Shown here: positions 1 to 7,592 of the stretch, piece by piece
Layout of the letters: each line of letters begins with the position of its first letter
Numbering within the stretch: position 1 is the first letter of the stretch
Assembly (NCBI GenBank): GCA_032161105.1
Contig: JAVHTD010000037.1
DNA: 16,188 bases
Origin: Candidatus Thermosaccharophagus tengchongensis
GTDB lineage: Bacteria > Armatimonadota > Fervidibacteria > Fervidibacterales > Thermosaccharophagaceae
Reading direction: 5' to 3' (one strand)
The notes under the pieces: model-generated
Database searches by the model: none
What the model saw: only the letters and a program-made list of their open reading frames with translations
Told to the model about the DNA's origin: nothing
Translations under genes and position numbers: made by a program

Positions 1-435
1 GAATGCAACCCTTGCAAGCGTCGTTTCATTGGTGACGAATCCCTGGTCAAACTCCTGAATCGCATCCGGACGCTCAAGCGATATGCGATTGAAATTTTCA
101 ATGACATCGTTCCCCAAAGCATTTATATCAACCGACCTACCGCAGCAACTTTTGCAAAGTGCTGAAGTGAACGGAGCTATACCATTGTCATCGCACAGCT
201 GCTTGCCGCTCTCTGTAAGCCTGATTGAGCCATCCACGACCTCTATGAATCCGTGCTCATTGAGCAGCTCAAGGAGCGTGCAAAGGACTCGCATTGGGAC
301 TTGGCTGCGCTCAACAACCTCCCAAATGTCGTCAGTGGTGCGAAGCGCCATCAGCGTTCTTTCAACATCCCTTGGTCCGACATAGGTTTGTGAACGCTCA
401 CAAAGCTCACTACGCAAACGGTTCAGCGTCACCAT
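1..435 (-). CDS. bpsA: N4-bis(aminopropyl)spermidine synthase (branched-chain polyamine synthase A, DUF43 family), N-terminal 145 aa; truncated by the window edge
   Basis: Manual minus-strand translation from ATG at 435 (SD GGAGG at 445-441) is open to position 1: MVTLNRLRSELCERSQTYVGPRDVERTLMALRTTDDIWEVVERSQVPMRVLCTLLELLNEHGFIEVVDGSIRLTESGKQLCDDNGIAPFTSALCKSCCGRSVDINALGNDVIENFNRISLERPDAIQEFDQGFVTNETTLARVAF. It follows the recalled Thermococcus BpsA pattern: D-x-W-x-V-V, winged-helix LT-x-x-GK, CxxC-x-GR, and RP-x5-FDQ-x-[FY]VT-x-ETT-x-ARVA. Confidence 0.9.
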   Translation of the reverse strand, partial: MVTLNRLRSELCERSQTYVGPRDVERTLMALRTTDDIWEVVERSQVPMRVLCTLLELLNEHGFIEVVDGSIRLTESGKQLCDDNGIAPFTSALCKSCCGRSVDINALGNDVIENFNRISLERPDAIQEFDQGFVTNETTLARVAF

Positions 436-459
436 ACGCACCTCCGGCTCACGGTTGGC

Positions 460-498
460 AAAAATAAAACGCCTGCTTCCGCCGCTCAGGGAAGCGGC
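460..498 (-). terminator. Intrinsic terminator (attenuator) between the promoter and the bpsA start
   Basis: Minus strand: GCCGCUUCC (498-490), loop CUGAGCGGC (489-481), GGAAGCAGGC (480-471, one bulged A), then G and UUUUAUUUUU (469-460). It ends about 15 nt before the bpsA SD. Confidence 0.8.
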
Positions 499-629
499 TC
501 CCAATTAACCATCGTCACCTTTCTCGGATACGCGCTACTACTCCCCCTCAAATGGGTTGTAGTAGCTGCGATGGCTTACGCATCCGCATGAGCGGCAAAG
601 GCGACGATGGATTCACCAGCTTTGCTGGT
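460..629 (-). ncRNA. Unclassified structured 5' leader RNA (riboswitch/attenuator-like) of bpsA
   Basis: 5' hairpin ACCAGC-AAA-GCUGGU (629-615). P1 is 14 bp, CCAUCGUCGCCUUU (610-597)/AAAGGUGACGAUGG (522-509). P2 is 8 bp, CGGAUGCG (586-579)/CGUAUCCG (532-525). P3 is 8 bp, GCUACUAC (566-559)/GUAGUAGC (541-534), with an apical CCC/GGG. P1 and P2 each contain a G-U pair on the minus strand that would be an A-C mismatch on the plus strand. Flanked by a promoter and a terminator. Confidence 0.75.
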
Positions 630-634
630 TACAC

Positions 635-663
635 ATTATAGCTTGAAATGGACTGGATGTAAA
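635..663 (-). promoter_or_regulatory. Sigma70-type promoter driving the leader and bpsA
   Basis: Minus strand TTTACA (663-658), 17-bp spacer, TATAAT (640-635). Predicted TSS about 628-629, exactly at the first leader hairpin. Confidence 0.8.
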
Positions 664-811
664 CCTCGGCTGCGGCGAGATACATTAAAACGCCCACTCA
701 CGGGAAGCAGCTCGTCATAATTGGTTTGTGAAAGGGAGCTTTGGTGATGCTGTTCAACGAACGCCGCTACATATAACACGCGAACACACGCAGTGAGAGT
801 GGTGAGCCCCG

Positions 812-1321
812 ATGGGAAAGGGATTGGATGAGTGGGACATTTCACAGTTGAGCATTGAGAGGATGAGATTGAGCGATCTGGATGAAGTGATGGAACTTGA
901 ACGGATGTGCTTCACGCAACCTTGGACGCGAGGCATGTTTGAGAGCGACTTACTTCAAGGCGAATTCACATATTACATCGTCGCAAGGCTTGAGGGGAAG
1001 CTTGTAGGTTACGCCGGGATGTGGACCGCAGGCGGTGAAGCTCACATAACGACGATTGCCGTCCATCCAAACTTTAGGCGAAGGGGAATAGGAAGCGCTC
1101 TGATGCGCATGTTGCTTGGGGAAGCACTTAGGAGAGGTGCTGAAATAGCTGTGCTTGAAGTCAGGCGCAGCAATGAGGCTGCACAACAACTTTACAAAAA
1201 ATGGGGCTTCAGACTCGTTGGAGTGAGGCGCGGCTACTATTCAAATCCGCCGGAAGATGCTCTCATCCTTGAACTGCCTCTAACTGATTATGCGGTGAGG
1301 ATGCACAGCGATGCGAGATGA
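812..1321 (+). CDS. rimI: Ribosomal protein S18-alanine N-acetyltransferase (GNAT)
   Basis: Motifs DLDEVMELERMCFTQPW, EAHITTIAVHPNFRRRGIG (acetyl-CoA binding), LEVRRSNEAAQQLYKKWGF and RRGYY...EDA. Exact start uncertain. Confidence 0.88.
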   Translation: MGKGLDEWDISQLSIERMRLSDLDEVMELERMCFTQPWTRGMFESDLLQGEFTYYIVARLEGKLVGYAGMWTAGGEAHITTIAVHPNFRRRGIGSALMRMLLGEALRRGAEIAVLEVRRSNEAAQQLYKKWGFRLVGVRRGYYSNPPEDALILELPLTDYAVRMHSDAR

Positions 1322-3330
1322 ACTCACATGCACATAACCTCAAGGGAGATCAAGCGAGGGAAGGAAAGTTGAACCCGCTCTCTGAGGGCACTCAAGTTGG
1401 GATGGCAAATGCGGTTTCTGTGGGCGTCTCGGAAAAGGGAATAACATGGCGTGCGCTTGCCATCGGCATCCCCTTGATGGTTGTGAATGTTTACTGGACA
1501 ACCGTTGTGGAAGTGCGATGGTATACATTGGACACAACGAGCTTGCCGCTGTTCATCACCCCGATCTTCATCTTGCTGTGTGTTGTGCTACTGAATGGCG
1601 CATTGAAGAGGCTTACCGGGTTCGGTTTATCCCCGGCGGAGCTGATTGCAGTTTATGTCATGCTTGTGGTATCAAGCTCACTCAGCGGGCATGACATGCT
1701 CCAAAACTTGTTTGGCAGCATGGCTCACGCAATTTGGTATGAGTCACCAGCTAATAGGTGGGCTGACCTGTTCCTTGATTATTACCCGAAGTGGCTGACG
1801 GTGACCGATAAAGAGGTGCTGCGTGGCTTCTACATTGGTGACAGCTCGCCGTATGATGCTCTGACCATTTTAACATGGGCAAAGGCGCTCTCGTGGTGGA
1901 CGCTGTTCATATCCTTCCTTCTGTGCATCATGTTCGGGTTGAATGCGATGCTTAGGCGCCAATGGACGGAACATGAAAGGCTCGCCTTCCCAATCATTCA
2001 ACTCCCATTGGCGATGGTTCACCCGACAGCGATTCGCTCATTTTGGTTGAACAGCTCAATGTGGCTTGGCTTCGCTACAGCTGCATTCATTGACATCGTT
2101 AACGGGCTTCACCAACTTTACCCGAGCTTCCCATACTTCACTTACATCAAGCTTTACAACTGGCATGACTTCATCACGAATCGCCCTTGGAGCGCTATAA
2201 GACCGCTGCGCACATCCATGTATCCGTTTGCGATAGGTCTGTGTTACTTGCTTCCGCTTGACCTCTCACTGTCGTGTTGGTTCTTCTTCCTCGTGCGCTT
2301 TGCCGAGCAGCTCTTTGGGGCAACATTCGGCTGGGATCAAGTCAAGGGCTACCCGTTCTTCAACCAACAGGCTGCCGGCTCTTGGATTGTGCTCGGGGTA
2401 TGCGCATTGCTCGGTTCAAGGCACTGGCTCAAGGAGGTAATCAGAAGGGCTATCCACGGCAAGGATGACCCAGAGGAATGCATGTCATACAGGCTCGCAC
2501 TCGCATTGGTGCTTATTGGGGCTGTGGGCATCTGTTGGTTCAGCTTCCGCATCGGTATGGGTTGGCTCTCAACAGTTGCCTTTTACTCCATCTACTTCTC
2601 TTATGCCCTCGCAATAACGAGGGTGCGCGCTGAACTCGGCGCACCACATGAGATCTACTTCGCTCAACCGAGATTTGTCATCGCCGACATCTTTGGGACA
2701 TCGCGCTTCCCCACGAAAGAGCTTTTGGCGATCAACATGCTTCACTGGTTCAATCGCGGCTATAGATGCCATCCTATGCCGAACCAAATGGAAGCGTTCA
2801 AGATGGCTCAAGTGATGGGCATACCACAGAGGGCAATGATGAAACTGCTCGTAGCCTCATTCGCGCTCGGCATGCCGATTACATACTGGGCTAACTTGCA
2901 TGTTTGCTACCGTGAGGGTGCTGTGACGCGCTGCAGGGGATTCAAGAATTGGGTCGGGTGGGAGTCATTCAATGTGCTGGCAAGCTGGCTGACAAGCCCT
3001 CAACAGAGGCAGTGGAGAAACATCTATTGGATGGTTGGCGGTGCAGCAGTTGTCATTGTGCTGCGATGGCTGCGGTTATCATTCACCGCCTTCCCGTTGC
3101 ACCACGCCGGTTATGCACTTGCCATATCGTTTGCGATGGACTACTTCTGGTTCGCCTTCCTCATAAGCTGGATGGCTAAATATTTCATCCTGCGCTTTGG
3201 CGGAATACAAGCGCACAGAAAAGCCATACCATTTTTCCTCGGACTAATACTCGGAGACTACACACTCGGAAGCTTTTGGGGCATATATGGTCCAGTTAAG
3301 GGTGTGGAGACATATCGCATCTACATCTGA
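1318..3330 (+). CDS. DUF6785/DUF6784-type polytopic membrane protein (putative OPT-like transporter)
   Basis: Many hydrophobic helices, with motifs typical of this family as I recall it: LSPAELIAVYVML, LRRQWTEHERLAFPIIQLP, ITRVRAELG, FPLHHAGY and C-terminal K..ILRFGG...RKAIPFFLGLILGD. The real start may be the ATG at 1402; the 1318 start overlaps the rimI stop (ATGA). Confidence 0.7.
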   Translation: MNSHAHNLKGDQAREGKLNPLSEGTQVGMANAVSVGVSEKGITWRALAIGIPLMVVNVYWTTVVEVRWYTLDTTSLPLFITPIFILLCVVLLNGALKRLTGFGLSPAELIAVYVMLVVSSSLSGHDMLQNLFGSMAHAIWYESPANRWADLFLDYYPKWLTVTDKEVLRGFYIGDSSPYDALTILTWAKALSWWTLFISFLLCIMFGLNAMLRRQWTEHERLAFPIIQLPLAMVHPTAIRSFWLNSSMWLGFATAAFIDIVNGLHQLYPSFPYFTYIKLYNWHDFITNRPWSAIRPLRTSMYPFAIGLCYLLPLDLSLSCWFFFLVRFAEQLFGATFGWDQVKGYPFFNQQAAGSWIVLGVCALLGSRHWLKEVIRRAIHGKDDPEECMSYRLALALVLIGAVGICWFSFRIGMGWLSTVAFYSIYFSYALAITRVRAELGAPHEIYFAQPRFVIADIFGTSRFPTKELLAINMLHWFNRGYRCHPMPNQMEAFKMAQVMGIPQRAMMKLLVASFALGMPITYWANLHVCYREGAVTRCRGFKNWVGWESFNVLASWLTSPQQRQWRNIYWMVGGAAVVIVLRWLRLSFTAFPLHHAGYALAISFAMDYFWFAFLISWMAKYFILRFGGIQAHRKAIPFFLGLILGDYTLGSFWGIYGPVKGVETYRIYI

Positions 3331-3365
3331 GGCAACTTCAAGTGGCTTAATGGGGGGTGAGGCTG

Positions 3366-3887
3366 ATGGAACTGTTTGAGGTGTTTGAGAGGCGACACTC
3401 AATACGGGCATACTCTTCAAAGGAGGTATCCGACGAAATTTTGAGGCGCATACTTGAGGCTGCAAACTCAGCGCCATCAGCTGGCAACTTGCAAGCCTAT
3501 GAGATTGTGGTCGTTAGAGATGCAAAGAGGAAACAGCAACTTGCAGAGGCTGCCTATGGACAGACATTCATTGCTCAAGCGCCCGTGGTGCTCGTCTTCG
3601 TCCAAAACCCGCAGCGTTCTGCCATCCGCTACGGGCAGCGTGGGGCGACACTTTACTCGCTTCAAGACGCGACAATAGCTTGCACATTTGCACACCTTGC
3701 AGCCACAGCACTCGGCTTGGGAAGCTGCTGGATTGGCGCATTTGATGATGATGCCGTCGCAAGAGCAATAAATGCTCCAAAGGGGCTGCGCCCTGTGGCG
3801 ATACTCCCAATTGGCTATCCGGCTGAGCAACCTTGGGCGACGCCGAGGAGAAAGCTTGATGACCTTGTCCATTGGGAGACACTCTAA
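3366..3887 (+). CDS. Nitroreductase family FMN-dependent oxidoreductase
   Basis: Motifs RRHSIRAY, APSAGNLQ, LAATALGLGSCWIGAF, PIGYPAE and PRRKLDDLVH. ATG at 3366 follows a GGGGGTGA SD. Confidence 0.92.
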   Translation: MELFEVFERRHSIRAYSSKEVSDEILRRILEAANSAPSAGNLQAYEIVVVRDAKRKQQLAEAAYGQTFIAQAPVVLVFVQNPQRSAIRYGQRGATLYSLQDATIACTFAHLAATALGLGSCWIGAFDDDAVARAINAPKGLRPVAILPIGYPAEQPWATPRRKLDDLVHWETL

Positions 3888-4125
3888 CCAACAGCGTTCG
3901 TTTGCCCGTTAAGCCGCAGTGAGGGGCATCATCTGATGGCGCTGGTTATTGCACACCAGCGTGGAATGTCACCAGCCGCACAGCTCCACCTTGCAAACAT
4001 CAAAGCCATGGTAACCCATTTGCGAAATGGATAATCATTGTCGCGCAACTTGATGTTGAATGGAGTTGCATGGGATAAAGTTAACCGACGAACTAAAATG
4101 AGCATCAGGCAACGAAACACGCTGC

Positions 4126-4542
4126 ATGCAGGGAGTGGTGAGAGCTGTGAAGACGATAACGATACGGAGCGACTCGCGCATGCAGCTAATAGACATTACC
4201 GAGCAAGTCGCATCCGTAGTCCGTGAATCCGGGATTAAGGAGGGCGTGTGCTGCGTATTCGTTCCACACACAACCGCTGCCGTCACCATCAATGAGAATA
4301 CCGACCCATCAGTGACCAAAGACCTCCTAACGCAACTTGAGAAACTCATACCGCAGGTGTCACCGCACTATACGCACATTGAGGGCAACGCCGATGCCCA
4401 TATCAAATCAACAATCGTCGGATGCAGCGTATACATCCCAATAACAAATGGCAGACTCGCACTCGGGGTATGGCAGGGCATATTCTTCTGCGAATTTGAT
4501 GGACCGAGAAACAGGCGAGTGTATGTGCAAGTGATCGGGTGA
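4126..4542 (+). CDS. yjbQ: YjbQ/UPF0047 family protein (secondary thiamine-phosphate synthase enzyme)
   Basis: Motifs IDITEQV, FVPHTTAAVTINENTDPSV, HIEGNADAHIKS and LGVWQGIFFCEFDGPRNRRV. The real start may be GTG at 4147. Confidence 0.92.
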   Translation: MQGVVRAVKTITIRSDSRMQLIDITEQVASVVRESGIKEGVCCVFVPHTTAAVTINENTDPSVTKDLLTQLEKLIPQVSPHYTHIEGNADAHIKSTIVGCSVYIPITNGRLALGVWQGIFFCEFDGPRNRRVYVQVIG

Positions 4543-4700
4543 AACAGCCCCGACGATGAGGGATGAACTGCATTACATGTTCCACAAGCTCCGCTCATGT
4601 GGTTAGAGGCATCAGACGCACAGATGCGCAAATCAAGCTTGAGTGGATTGATGCGGCTTTGCGCTGCAGCTCCCAGCGAGTGGATTAACTGCCAATCGCC

Positions 4701-5489
4701 TTACAGGAGATCTTTGAACCGTTCCCTTAGGGACGGCAACAGTTTAAAGTTGGTATTGTCCGTTTGAAGCGGAGTGATGGAGATGTAACCCTTTGCGAGA
4801 GCCGAGACATCTGTTCCCTCCACATCCTCAATGACCGGGCATTCAGAACCACGCCAGTAGTATGGACGCCCCTGAGGGTCATATCGCATTTCCAATTCTC
4901 CGACATACCGCTTCCGCCCACGAGATGTCACGGCTACGCCCTTCACCTCCGAGAGCGGCAAGTTTGGCACATTGACATTGAGCAGCGAGTCCGGAGGCAA
5001 CCCCTCCTTGAGCAGATATTGAGAGAGCCTGATGGCGACTTCGCATGCCGTCTCATAGTGAGGTTGCTGATGTGGGCGATTTAAAGTGGCTATTGAAATG
5101 GCGAAGGAAGTTATACCATGCGTTGCACCCTCCACTGCAGCCGCCACGGTGCCCGAGTAGATTATATCGTCGCCGACATTCTCACCATCATTTATGCCGG
5201 ATATGACCAAGTCGGGTTTCCTCGGGCACAGCACCCTCACTCCGAGAGCAACGCAATCTGCCGGTGTGCCGTTGCACGAATATATTGTGCACATCCTATC
5301 GCTGCGTATGCACTCAACTCTGAGTGGCTTGTGGAGCGTAACTGCATTGCTCACGGAGCTCCTCGGTCTATCCGGTGCAACGACTACAACATTGGCTATC
5401 TTGAGGAGCGCCATCGTTAGGCGATTTAACCCCTCGGCAAGATAGCCATCGTCATTGGTAACCAATATGAGGGGGCGTTCGTCGGGCAT
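4701..5489 (-). CDS. surE: 5'/3'-nucleotidase SurE
   Basis: Motifs ILVTNDDG, VVAPD..RS, GTPADCV, PDLVISGINDGENVG, YSGTVAAAVEG, LNVNVP and GYISITPL. Start moved to ATG at 5489 (purine-rich SD upstream), which removes the overlap with serA. Confidence 0.95.
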   Translation of the reverse strand: MPDERPLILVTNDDGYLAEGLNRLTMALLKIANVVVVAPDRPRSSVSNAVTLHKPLRVECIRSDRMCTIYSCNGTPADCVALGVRVLCPRKPDLVISGINDGENVGDDIIYSGTVAAAVEGATHGITSFAISIATLNRPHQQPHYETACEVAIRLSQYLLKEGLPPDSLLNVNVPNLPLSEVKGVAVTSRGRKRYVGELEMRYDPQGRPYYWRGSECPVIEDVEGTDVSALAKGYISITPLQTDNTNFKLLPSLRERFKDLL

Positions 5490-5511
5490 TATCTCGTCCC
5501 CTCTCGGGGAT

Positions 5512-7134
5512 TTAAGTTCCTTCCGACAATGGTGGTCCGAAGTAAACTGAGCGCACATCAATGATGTTCGGGAATGTCTTCATCTGCTCCACGAGTTCGC
5601 TTGGGACCGGATTGTCAACGAGCATGATCATAATTGAATGCCCGCCGACCCTTTCCCTCCCAAGCTGCATATTTGCAATGTTGATGTTGTGCGAGCCGAG
5701 CAATGTTCCGACTCTGCCGACTATGCCGGGCTTGTCATACTGCTCAAATACGAGGGCATACCCTTCGGGTATCACATCCACATGATACTGGTTGATCCGC
5801 ACAATGCGCATTCCGACATCCCTTATCAGTGCTCCGGAGACTGTCCACTGCTCTTGCGTCGTTATAACCCTCGCAGTTATCAAGCTTGAGTAGCCAACAT
5901 CCTCCGTGGTGCGCTCATCCGTGAACCTAATTCCTCTTGATTGGGCTATGAGTGGCGCATTCAAATAATTCACGCTCTCGGAAAGCCTCTTCTCCAAGAA
6001 ACCTTTGAGGAAGGCATTGGTCAATGGTGCCGTGTCATATGAGGCAAGCTGCCCGGCATAGAAAAGTTGGATGAGCTTTATCCCGCCACGGCATATTTGA
6101 CTCTGGAAGCATCCCATGCGTTCAGCCAAAAGCATAAACGGCTTGAGGAACTCCCTAACCTCCGGTGGGAGCGGTGGCATGTTGACGGCATTCTTCGGCA
6201 TCTCACCGCGGAGGACTGCAAGCACTTGCTCAGCGATATCCTTTGCTGCCACCTCCTGCGCCTCAACCGTGCTTGCGCCAAGATGCGGCGTTATGATCAC
6301 ATTGTCAAGTTCAAGGAGCTTGCTCCTCCATAGCGGTTCAGTCTCAACAACATCAACTGCTGCACCGGCTACCTTACCATCCACCAACGCCTTGTAAAGT
6401 GCTGCCTCGCTTATGACTGCGCCACGGGATGTGTTAATGATCATTACGCCGTCCTTCATCATCTCAAACTGGCGCGTATCAAGCATGTGATATGTCTCAT
6501 CCGTCAATGGCACATGAAGCGAGATTACATCAGCCTCCCTCAGGACCGCTTCAAACTCCTTCCACTCAACCCCCTTCTGTCGGGCTGACTCCGGGGTCAC
6601 AAATGGGTCATAGCCTATGACCCTCATCCCAAACACCTGAGAGAGCCTCGCCACATAGCTACCTATGCGCCCTAAGCCAATGATGCCGATTGTCTTCCCG
6701 GCAAGCTGCATGCCCATGAACTTCCTTCTGTCAACGCTCCCGCCGGATTTGCTCTTTTCCTTCAAATCCGAGTGAGCCTGCACAATGCGCCTCGCTAATG
6801 CGAGCAGCAACGCCATCGTATGCTCCGCAGCGGCTATGGTTACAGCATCCGGCGAGTTGACAACATATATGCCCCTTTCAGTCGCGGCTGCAACATCTAT
6901 GTTGTCCACGCCGACACCAGCCCTGCCTATCACCTTGAGCTTTTTGGCGGCGTTGATTATGTCCCTTGTAACCGTTGTTGTGCTTCGCACAATGAGGGCG
7001 TCATAATCGCCGATGATGGATTTCAGCTCTTCGGCACTTATGCCGGGACGCACATCCACATCGGCGACCTGTGACAGAATTTCAATGCCAACTTGAGCAA
7101 GAGCATCTGTGACAAGCACCTTGCAAGGCTTCAT
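5512..7134 (-). CDS. serA: D-3-phosphoglycerate dehydrogenase, long form with ASB and ACT domains
   Basis: Motifs LIVRS.T, IGRAGVGVDNIDV, AAAEHT, GIIGLGRIG (NAD binding), INTSRG, TPHLGAST.EAQ, and C-terminal ACT DKPGIVGRVGTLLGSHNINIANMQLGR. SD GAGGTG. Confidence 0.96.
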   Translation of the reverse strand: MKPCKVLVTDALAQVGIEILSQVADVDVRPGISAEELKSIIGDYDALIVRSTTTVTRDIINAAKKLKVIGRAGVGVDNIDVAAATERGIYVVNSPDAVTIAAAEHTMALLLALARRIVQAHSDLKEKSKSGGSVDRRKFMGMQLAGKTIGIIGLGRIGSYVARLSQVFGMRVIGYDPFVTPESARQKGVEWKEFEAVLREADVISLHVPLTDETYHMLDTRQFEMMKDGVMIINTSRGAVISEAALYKALVDGKVAGAAVDVVETEPLWRSKLLELDNVIITPHLGASTVEAQEVAAKDIAEQVLAVLRGEMPKNAVNMPPLPPEVREFLKPFMLLAERMGCFQSQICRGGIKLIQLFYAGQLASYDTAPLTNAFLKGFLEKRLSESVNYLNAPLIAQSRGIRFTDERTTEDVGYSSLITARVITTQEQWTVSGALIRDVGMRIVRINQYHVDVIPEGYALVFEQYDKPGIVGRVGTLLGSHNINIANMQLGRERVGGHSIMIMLVDNPVPSELVEQMKTFPNIIDVRSVYFGPPLSEGT

Positions 7135-7508
7135 TCAGCGAACCACCTCGCCACCCGAAAATCAATAGCGAGATCACCTTGAGGTTTGATGCAAATGGAT
7201 AAACGGCATTGCCTGCCTCACAACACGAAATCGCACATGACGGCTGTTCAAATTCCTAACGCAATTATGCCACGAGGATGCGAATGGATACGGAGTCATA
7301 AGCTACTGCCTGTAGCGCCGGCTCGAAGTGTGAGTGGCTATGGCAAACAAGCCACACGCGAAGCTACACCCACCAAAATGCACGAGCGCCGTAAAGGACG
7401 AACGACAACACTGCAACCAAATGCACTTGCGATCAAGAGCAACCGCAACTTAAATAGCAGCGTCTAACTGGATGACATCGGTGATGGATTTTTGCAACAA
7501 TGAATTTG

Positions 7509-7550
7509 TGGATGCGCATCCAAACGGGAAGGATGACAAGCTTCTCATCC
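7509..7550. promoter_or_regulatory. Tandem palindromes (operator-like) upstream of the DUF1559 gene
   Basis: Perfect 14-bp TGGATGCGCATCCA (7509-7522) and near-perfect 20-bp GGATGACAAGCTTCTCATCC (7531-7550), about 40-85 bp before the ATG at 7593. Confidence 0.45.
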
Positions 7551-7592
7551 CAAGGGGGAGCGCAACTCTGACCTCACGGGAGGCGAAGTGGC

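Noticed and set aside
83..385. 100-aa plus-strand ORF
   Set aside because: Antisense shadow of bpsA; Ser-rich with no recognisable motif.
427..519. CGTCACC repeated at the bpsA start (427-433) and in the P1 3' arm (513-519), which would let the P1 5' arm pair with the start region
   Set aside because: Only 7 nt and far weaker than the 14-bp local P1 helix; not supportable alone.
548..589. Second leader uORF MRMRKPSQLLQPI on the minus strand
   Set aside because: Preceded by pyrimidine-rich sequence with no SD; probably chance.
460..629. Leader as 6S RNA, SRP RNA or tRNA
   Set aside because: No large two-sided central bubble (the internal loops are 10/2 and 12/1 nt), no SRP GNRA-capped domain IV motif and no cloverleaf. 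A stand-alone sRNA is still not excluded without an Rfam search.
636..936. Short ORFs 636-845 and 754-936 on the minus strand
   Set aside because: They overlap the bpsA promoter and rimI antisense, with no coding features.
3888..4125. Intergenic region with short ORFs and a GCAACT...AGTTGC inverted repeat
   Set aside because: The repeat arms are only 6 bp, no properly spaced promoter was found and the ORFs lack motifs.
7186..7467. 93-aa ORF in the serA-prepilin intergenic region
   Set aside because: No recognisable domain and atypical composition; the region more likely holds divergent promoters.
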